From a virus: a stretch of DNA of 64,000 bases. This document shows positions 57,731 through 64,000 of this stretch, piece by piece. The stretch covers positions 32,001-96,000 of the IMG/VR virus record IMGVR_UViG_3300024262_000019; one strand, written 5' to 3'. The notes under the pieces were generated by a model. That model was not told where the DNA came from. It saw only the letters and a list, made by a program, of their open reading frames with translations, and ran no database searches. The position numbers and the translations under genes were made by a program. Position 1 is the stretch's first letter; every line of letters starts with the position of its first letter.

Positions 57731-58834
57731 TCAACGAGCGAAGCGCGTCTTTAGATCCTCGATCTCCTCATCGGTCATCTGATTTGGATCTCTTCTGTTT
57801 TTTATCAGATAGGTAGCGACATGGATCTGCTGAGAAAAAGTTTTTAACAATCTGTCGGCAGCATCGCGACCAGCGTCATCTCCGTCCATGACAATGATGA
57901 CCGAATCAAACCACTTTAAGATCTTGGCAACCTGAGGCTTATTGACGTGCGACCCGTTGATCGCAGCTACGTTTTTAACCCCACACTGGTCCAGGTAGAT
58001 GACATCAAAAGCGCCCTCAACGATAAATACAGTACCGGTGCCATCATTGGACGTTTCAAACCAGTCCTCCCCAAATAGATACTGATCCCTCTCGAATCCA
58101 AGCGAGTGCATCCACTTGGGAACCCTATCCTCATTATCCGCAGCAGGAACGATGTGCGGATACGGCTCCGGCCAGTACCCCAGGAATCGACCACCAATAT
58201 TTACTAGCCTACCGATATTATCGTACTGAGGGACCGACACTCTTCGCGGTCCTGGGTGCCAGCCAAGCTTCCACTTGGCGATCGACTCCATCGTAAATCG
58301 ACGCTTTGGTCCTGTGAGATAATCGATCACTTCATCGTTGAGAAGACTGATCATCTTTTCAACATGTTCATTGGCTGAGCTTGGTAGTGGTGGGTGCAGT
58401 TCGGCGAGAACCGCAGGATCACTGTAGTCCTTTCCGCCGGTCCACGATGCCATCGGCTTGGACGAATCCGACGAGTCCGAATACCATCCGGAGGTGAACT
58501 CTATCCGTTCTAGGCGCTTCTCTGTGGAGATGTTGTTGTGCTGGGACACATACAGCAGTTGAGCCGACAGGTCCCTCCCCGAGAGCTTCTGAAGCTTGTA
58601 AACAAGATCAGTTAAGTCTCCACGCGAATCGCAGCTCGACGACAAGCATCCATATCTGGATATGTCATCAGCCTTATCAAAGACAAGGAATGACGGATGC
58701 TTATCCTCACCTTTCGAATGCTTATACGGAGCAAACGGACACGACGAGCGTACACCCCTGCTTGTGTGTTTTATTTTAACACAACCAAGCGAATCTAATA
58801 GTTTTTCTATTGCTTCAGCTCTCATCCAAGGCAC
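57731..58834 (-). CDS. DNA primase (Zn finger + TOPRIM)
   Basis: CPF...H...D.HPS, C...C, IVEG.FD, MDGDDAG, DPN. Confidence 0.9.
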   Translation of the reverse strand: MPWMRAEAIEKLLDSLGCVKIKHTSRGVRSSCPFAPYKHSKGEDKHPSFLVFDKADDISRYGCLSSSCDSRGDLTDLVYKLQKLSGRDLSAQLLYVSQHNNISTEKRLERIEFTSGWYSDSSDSSKPMASWTGGKDYSDPAVLAELHPPLPSSANEHVEKMISLLNDEVIDYLTGPKRRFTMESIAKWKLGWHPGPRRVSVPQYDNIGRLVNIGGRFLGYWPEPYPHIVPAADNEDRVPKWMHSLGFERDQYLFGEDWFETSNDGTGTVFIVEGAFDVIYLDQCGVKNVAAINGSHVNKPQVAKILKWFDSVIIVMDGDDAGRDAADRLLKTFSQQIHVATYLIKNRRDPNQMTDEEIEDLKTRFAR

Positions 58835-58842
58835 GCACGGCG

Positions 58843-59274
58843 TTACTTGGGAGGAGGGTAGACAGCCTTGGGCCTATCGTCAAATCCAACGTCGTCACCG
58901 GGGACCTTAGCCTCGGCCTCTTTGCCATCATTATCGAGCATGGCGCGAGGCGGCTGCTTGCCTCCGGGACCATCTAGCTCCCAGAGCTTTGGCTCGATCA
59001 TCTTCCACAGCTCAGCGAACTGCAGATCTTTCGCTTCGCCCGCCTTCCCCTCGGCTGCATGGTGCAGGTTACGAACCCAGCCCTTACCAGTTAGCTGAAT
59101 ATCCTGAAGAACGGCAAGCTTGGCACCATGGTACACATAGCCGCTTTTTGCCAGAGTATCTCTAGCAATGCGCATGGCCTTAATAAAGCCATCTGGACCC
59201 CCTCCGGTTGACTTGTTGTATATCGCAACTACCGAATGTCTAACCAAGGGAGGGACATCTCTCCAACCTGCCAT
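58843..59274 (-). CDS. Hypothetical protein, similar to the C-terminal domain of 21773-22396
   Basis: A..IA...L.KSG...LT.KG motif. Confidence 0.6.
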   Translation of the reverse strand: MAGWRDVPPLVRHSVVAIYNKSTGGGPDGFIKAMRIARDTLAKSGYVYHGAKLAVLQDIQLTGKGWVRNLHHAAEGKAGEAKDLQFAELWKMIEPKLWELDGPGGKQPPRAMLDNDGKEAEAKVPGDDVGFDDRPKAVYPPPK

Positions 59275-59308
59275 ACCCCTAGTCTACCACGGGCACAGCC
59301 TGCGACGA

Positions 59309-59653
59309 TCAGGCGCTTTTCTTCAAATTTGCCCAAACACCACCTGGCATCTTGGCCGCATCGCGAGCGACAACAATCTCCTCCCTAGTAAGCTTCTCCT
59401 TGTGCGCCTTGCACACCATTCCGAACCTGGGAGCGGCAGTCTCCTTGCAACCCTTAATCGGACAAGGGCGCAGAGTGCTCTGCCCTTTAGTGGACTTCCT
59501 GCGCTTGACGGGAGCTGCGACTGCAATAGGGGAGAGGGCCTCGCCAAGTCTTTCGCGAATCTTGTCCATTGCCTCAATTTCGGCAATTTCGACCACCTCG
59601 GCGACAAACCTATCGATAATCTTCTGTAATTTTTTTGAGTTCATACTTACCAA
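59309..59653 (-). CDS. Small basic protein with CP..GC...C..H Zn motif; likely start 59644
   Basis: CPIKGCKETAAPRFGMVCKAHK; own promoter upstream. Confidence 0.6.
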   Translation of the reverse strand: MVSMNSKKLQKIIDRFVAEVVEIAEIEAMDKIRERLGEALSPIAVAAPVKRRKSTKGQSTLRPCPIKGCKETAAPRFGMVCKAHKEKLTREEIVVARDAAKMPGGVWANLKKSA

Positions 59654-59682
59654 AGATTAATAGGTAATGTACGCATTGTCAA
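59654..59682 (-). promoter_or_regulatory. Sigma70-like promoter
   Basis: TTGACA-17 nt-TAATCT. Confidence 0.55.
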
Positions 59683-59686
59683 GGTA

Positions 59687-59989
59687 TCACAAATCGTCTA
59701 AAAAAGACGTATCGCAGCTCATGGGTAAGTCTAACTTTTTGAGTATTTTACCATGAAAACCAGACACTTCCCTGGTGCACTCTCTATCTCCTAGCATATG
59801 CAAAGCTATCGAGTCACGGTGCAGGGCGCTAGCCTTGACAATGTCATAGCCTAAGCGCTCAATGTTGAGTCGAAGGTCAACCGCAAAGAAAGAGTTACTG
59901 CTGATACCCTGGTCACAGCGCCAGCACTTTGCGTAGAAATCCAATGGGGGCAAATCAGAATGGTACATCGCCATAATCCCCACTGTCAT
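59687..59989 (-). CDS. Hypothetical protein
   Basis: 100 aa overlapping the DnaB end. Confidence 0.45.
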   Translation of the reverse strand: MTVGIMAMYHSDLPPLDFYAKCWRCDQGISSNSFFAVDLRLNIERLGYDIVKASALHRDSIALHMLGDRECTREVSGFHGKILKKLDLPMSCDTSFLDDL

Positions 59990-62540
59990 CTACCTCATCG
60001 CTCACGCCATACATGGCATCTCCGCCACCAGTATCAGGACCAACCGGAGGCGGAAGACCTGGACCACCATCACCGCCAACCTCGGTGAAATCCATCGTGG
60101 AGTGGTTCCAGTTGATCTCAAAGGTCCCAGGCACACCCTCACGAATCTTCAAAGCCTTGAGATTTAGCTTAGCGTTAGATCTCATATCTTCATCCTGCAT
60201 CATTCCGTAGGCGCTATCAGCATTCCAGCCAGCAACGTCGGTGATGCCGATATTGTCAGCCGAGATCGTCTGATCTTGCCCAGTCTTAGCCGACCGGTTG
60301 AACTGCAAGTTGGTAATCGTCGCAACGCCAGTGCGCTTACCAATCTTCTTGAAGTCATCGAAGTTATTCGACACACGCTCATGTCGATCTTTACCGCTGT
60401 TCTTAATCAGGTACGGACCATCAACGCAGAGCAGGTGTGGTTTCTCATCCTCAACGACCGCAGCAATGTTGTCGATGGAATAATCAAAGTCACCGGCGAT
60501 GATGTTCATCCCCTTCTCCTTGAGAAGCTCATCCACACCGGCGTACAGTTTGCTTTCTACAAATTCTCCGAGCTTACCCCTTCTCACTTCGTTGTAGGGA
60601 AGGTTGAGGTGTAACGAGAAGAATCGCCTCGCCATCTGCCTCTTGTTCATCTCTGTGGAAACGATAAGAACGTTGTGTTGCCTAGACCTCCACGCAGCAT
60701 GTGCGCAGATAACTAGAGCCCATGTATTATGGAGAATGATGTCGTTTCCTATGAAGCAGCTCGTCGGCTCCACGGTGAGGTCATATATCTTCTGCTCGCC
60801 AACCGATTTCACCGATAACACTGAATCCCAAAATATATCCGCCCCCCATAACCACTTAAATTCATCACAACAATCAAAGATCTCGCAGAATACTTTAAAT
60901 CTACGAATCAGAAGTGAATCGCCTTTTCCAAAAAGGCTTCGGAACATGAACTTGCTATTCCATCCGAGGGCCTGTCCAACTTTAACAAGCTTCCCGCCAT
61001 TCCATCTTCCGGATCCAGGGTCAGCAATCTCACGAATGCGTGCCTTCAGCTTTTCTGAAATCTTAGGAAATCCAACATTTGAATTCCTGTCCCTACCGAG
61101 CAGTTCAGTAAACGACTCTAACTTCTCACCCCATAGCGAAATAGCTACAGAAAAGGACTCCCACGAAGAGGCGTAGACTCTGAGTCTCCATGAGTCGAAA
61201 TCCTTGCCATTGCAGGATGATTTTTTATAAGAGACACTGCTCTGAATTCCAAAGCGAAGAAGCAGGCTTTGAATCTGCCTAACCATTCTTTCGGAGGCGA
61301 GTACGATCGTTGGGCCTGTGTCATCGACATACCCATCACACATCCAAAATATCGACAGGAACCTCGAAAGTTGAATTGGCGGAAGCTGATACACTTCGTC
61401 TGGTATTGTCTTACTTACTGCTTTTTTCTTATCAATTCCAAGATCTCTTAGTATTTTGCCGACAATACTAACCCGATCAACTACGCCGGTGAAGTCATAA
61501 TCACATCCGGATCGATAGACAACCTCTGCCCCGATAGCATGAGCGGCATCCCTGGCAATCGATAAAATATCCTCGTCTATATTACTGAACCCAACATGGT
61601 TTCCCGTGTAGCTACCCTCGGCCAACAGGATGGCTAGTATATCGACGACAGGATCATCCATGGCGACAGGTGACTCCGGGAATGGCATCTTCGCTGGCAA
61701 GGCCAGAGAATCATTTACTGATATATTTTCAGCATTAACCCATCCATCCGGAGTCAGAACAGGATGTTCTGGAGTCACAATCACGGATCTGCCGGATGAC
61801 ATCGTAATCTCAATACACTCCTTGCGGCCAGTATCCACTTTAGCTGTTATGGGAGTGGCAAAAACCCCGCCATCCTTGGACCAGGTAGTTACGGAGTGAT
61901 GTGATTCATCACTGTAAACGTCCCTGATTGCCTTCGGTATCCCAGTCGTAGGATCAACTATCTCAGTATCCTCGTGTACGCATTTTCCTACGCCAAGTCG
62001 GCCAACGAATAAGATCAAATCCTCCGGCCACCAGCCCAACGTCTGATCGTCCATGGATGGCCATGGAGTAGCAATGCCACGCTTACCAGCCTTGGCATCT
62101 TCGTAATCCTCGATCACCAGGCTACCTAGAGCCAAGAGACTCTCAACCTTGCGCACGGTGAGTGACTCAGTCTGAATCTTTCTATGGATTTCTGCCCATA
62201 TCTCGGCAGCACCATCTGGATCTCTGGCGGCCAGGCTGTTGGAAACCTGCTCTATGCCATCTCGCTGAACTAGGAAGAGTCTACGTTTAAAGATCTCTCC
62301 GAGATAAAACCCGGAGATACCCTCATTGCTTCCAGATAAGTCAAATCCAGTAGCACCCTCTACGGCCCCCAGAGGGGGAAGCTCGCCGTGAGTTCGATAG
62401 CTATCAGCTATGAACTGCCAGGCTGCTTTGCCCTCGCCAAATAAATGATCTTCTGCGTTTAGATCTCTACCGATACAATCAAGGTAGGCATCCTTGCCCT
62501 CGCGAAGTACGGAGCGAACAAGCTCCTTATCCATATCCAT
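59955..62540 (-). CDS. dnaB: Replicative DnaB-like helicase containing an intein
   Basis: Spliced Walker A GRLGVGK-T, S.EM, VDG.YL, Q.NR, K.R.G. Confidence 0.92.
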   Translation of the reverse strand: MDMDKELVRSVLREGKDAYLDCIGRDLNAEDHLFGEGKAAWQFIADSYRTHGELPPLGAVEGATGFDLSGSNEGISGFYLGEIFKRRLFLVQRDGIEQVSNSLAARDPDGAAEIWAEIHRKIQTESLTVRKVESLLALGSLVIEDYEDAKAGKRGIATPWPSMDDQTLGWWPEDLILFVGRLGVGKCVHEDTEIVDPTTGIPKAIRDVYSDESHHSVTTWSKDGGVFATPITAKVDTGRKECIEITMSSGRSVIVTPEHPVLTPDGWVNAENISVNDSLALPAKMPFPESPVAMDDPVVDILAILLAEGSYTGNHVGFSNIDEDILSIARDAAHAIGAEVVYRSGCDYDFTGVVDRVSIVGKILRDLGIDKKKAVSKTIPDEVYQLPPIQLSRFLSIFWMCDGYVDDTGPTIVLASERMVRQIQSLLLRFGIQSSVSYKKSSCNGKDFDSWRLRVYASSWESFSVAISLWGEKLESFTELLGRDRNSNVGFPKISEKLKARIREIADPGSGRWNGGKLVKVGQALGWNSKFMFRSLFGKGDSLLIRRFKVFCEIFDCCDEFKWLWGADIFWDSVLSVKSVGEQKIYDLTVEPTSCFIGNDIILHNTWALVICAHAAWRSRQHNVLIVSTEMNKRQMARRFFSLHLNLPYNEVRRGKLGEFVESKLYAGVDELLKEKGMNIIAGDFDYSIDNIAAVVEDEKPHLLCVDGPYLIKNSGKDRHERVSNNFDDFKKIGKRTGVATITNLQFNRSAKTGQDQTISADNIGITDVAGWNADSAYGMMQDEDMRSNAKLNLKALKIREGVPGTFEINWNHSTMDFTEVGGDGGPGLPPPVGPDTGGGDAMYGVSDEVDDSGDYGDVPF
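60726..61982 (-). mobile_element. DnaB intein (419 aa, LAGLIDADG) in the P-loop
   Basis: CVHEDT start, TPEHP block B, LLAEG and WMCDG, YDLTV...ILHN followed by Thr. Confidence 0.93.
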
Positions 62541-62843
62541 CTAGCTTAGCCCGCCCCTTAGCAAAGTGAGCCCCAGGCTTCTCTCCTCTGGGCTCACCTT
62601 TTCACTGCAGCACTCGCATAGGTCTGCGGTGAGAATGGCCTCTCTAGCCTCATCTACATATTGGACGTGATCGCATTCCTGATCACGATACGTCTCGACA
62701 ACGCACTCCGCGTGAAAGACACCAAGGATCAGAGACTCCGAGGCAGTGACATCCCTGGACTCACACGTATCAGCCGAGATACGAACAATCCTGTCACTCT
62801 CCGAGATTTCATCTCCGCAGATTTCACAGATCGAATCACTCAT
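62541..62843 (-). CDS. Cys-rich hypothetical protein
   Basis: CEICG...H..C...CECC. Confidence 0.55.
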   Translation of the reverse strand: MSDSICEICGDEISESDRIVRISADTCESRDVTASESLILGVFHAECVVETYRDQECDHVQYVDEAREAILTADLCECCSEKVSPEERSLGLTLLRGGLS

Positions 62844-63534
62844 TGCCAGTGCCCTGAACTCTCTTGATCAAATCATCCCTAGCCAGATCTCGGAGATTCA
62901 CACCCTCAATCTCCATAGGGGCCATACAGCTCTTTATCATTTCGAACAAGTCTGCGTGTATATCTTGCTTCAAAGTCTTAGCAACTCTCGTTGTCATCAC
63001 CGTCGTCAGCATCTCTGAACTGCGCTTGGTTAGCAGTCTCTCAAGATGCAATGGACCAAAAACTTTATCAACCAAGAATGGCGCATTGAAATTATCTAGT
63101 ACCAAAAATTGCGCCCGATTGATCTTCTGCTTAACGGTCACCCCATCCGACCCGTCGCCAAACAGTCGGCTATCACGCCTGTCCTCAAATTGAATATCCC
63201 TAAGCTCATCATGGGTTATAAAATAACTTGAGTAGCCACGAGAGATCGCCTGCTTCAGCAAGCACACTGCGGCAGATGTCTTGCCAACCCCGATCCCGCC
63301 AGTAAAGACCAGCCCTGTAGCAGTTCGAATCATCTCATCGAAATTTTCTCGATAACGCATGATCGCATCACGGATGATCTCATCCTGAATTCGATCGGAC
63401 CTCGACCTCCAGAATGCCTTACCGACGTTGACTCGGACAAGATCCTTCTTAGTGACTGGGCGCGAAGTTCGACCATAGGAGATCTTTGGCCTATCTGTAA
63501 TTTCTAATTCATCCATGTGATCGCCGGTGCGCAA
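62836..63534 (-). CDS. DnaC/IstB-like AAA+ helicase loader
   Basis: GL.FTG..GVGKT, FLVLD, T..TT; just upstream of DnaB. Confidence 0.82.
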   Translation of the reverse strand: MRTGDHMDELEITDRPKISYGRTSRPVTKKDLVRVNVGKAFWRSRSDRIQDEIIRDAIMRYRENFDEMIRTATGLVFTGGIGVGKTSAAVCLLKQAISRGYSSYFITHDELRDIQFEDRRDSRLFGDGSDGVTVKQKINRAQFLVLDNFNAPFLVDKVFGPLHLERLLTKRSSEMLTTVMTTRVAKTLKQDIHADLFEMIKSCMAPMEIEGVNLRDLARDDLIKRVQGTGNE

Positions 63535-63549
63535 GCGCTTGCGTTGCTA
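63527..63549. repeat. Dispersed 23-bp palindromic element, copy 3
   Basis: GTGCGCAAGCGCTTGCGTTGCTA. Confidence 0.9.
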
Positions 63550-64000
63550 CCATTCAAACTTGCCAGTCAATTTACCGCTTTCCTGTTCCTGCCGAGTCGT
63601 CTTCACTTCTTGAACCATCGCAAAGATCGATTCCCTGAAGTACAGAAAGATGCCGATAGTGGGGACAGAGTCTTTGATTTTCAACCTCCGCTGAACCTCC
63701 TCCCAGTCCTCACATAGGAATTTCCATGCCTTACGTATGAAAACAATGTTGTCATCGTAGATCTTAAGCAGGTGATTCAGCTTCCCATACTCTGGCCCAC
63801 CAAACTTCCCCATGATCGCATCAGGAAACCAGTCCCTGAAGGTATCGGTCATGAATTCCTCAAGCTGAGCCTTGATGGTCATAGTCTGGGCCTTTGTCGC
63901 CCTCTTCCACTCACGCACCTTCTCAGCCTCACCAGATGCCTCCTTAGCCTCTTTGCGCTCTCCCGTCTTAGCTATGGCCTCCTTCGCCTTGCGGTGCGCA
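63547..64000 (-). CDS. Hypothetical protein, C-terminal part (possible replication initiator)
   Basis: Frame stays open to the window edge (AHRKAKEAIAKTGERKEAKEASGEAEKVREWK...); upstream of the loader. Confidence 0.55.
   Translation of the reverse strand, partial: AHRKAKEAIAKTGERKEAKEASGEAEKVREWKRATKAQTMTIKAQLEEFMTDTFRDWFPDAIMGKFGGPEYGKLNHLLKIYDDNIVFIRKAWKFLCEDWEEVQRRLKIKDSVPTIGIFLYFRESIFAMVQEVKTTRQEQESGKLTGKFEW

Noticed and set aside
1-64000. Plus-strand ORFs and short overlapping minus-strand ORFs in the track
   Set aside because: They are shadows of long, motif-bearing minus-strand genes and carry no recognisable motifs
1-64000. Genome-wide TGA or TAG reassignment
   Set aside because: Conserved genes are full length in the standard code, and TGA and TAG both end genes right at the next start (for example TerL ends in TGA)
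1-64000. tRNA or other structured RNA genes
   Set aside because: Intergenic gaps are short and I saw no cloverleaf or T-loop signature; a covariance search was not possible
1-64000. Apparent abundance of CTAG and AGATCT words
   Set aside because: An impression only; it cannot be supported without k-mer counts

Overview
The window is a 64-kb piece of a large T4-like myovirus (contractile-tailed phage) genome, read in the standard genetic code. All credible genes are on the minus strand. In transcription order (right to left) it holds: (1) replication and recombination genes (DnaC-like loader, DnaB with an intein, primase, gp32-like SSB, an apparently dead SF2 helicase, RecA, Hjc-like and RuvC resolvases, Cas4-like nuclease, second SSB); (2) a Myb-like and a ParB-like protein; (3) an accessory block of three tandem [small ORF + PI3/4-kinase/HipA-like protein] units, one apparently active kinase flanked by two pseudokinases; (4) TerS, TerL (two inteins either side of Walker A), a holin-like gene, portal (HNH intein), scaffold, protease-scaffold and major capsid; (5) neck, sheath, two tube paralogues, tail chaperone with a -1 frameshift, tape measure and baseplate. 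Two free-standing LAGLIDADG genes and one double-HNH gene are inserted. The best candidates for novelty are the kinase/pseudokinase array with paralogous small partners, a canonical -1 frameshift signal at the end of the scaffold gene, an in-frame TGA in the apparent tape-measure N-terminus, and a dispersed 23-bp palindromic element at gene ends. All calls come from motif reading and gene order; no database searches were run.
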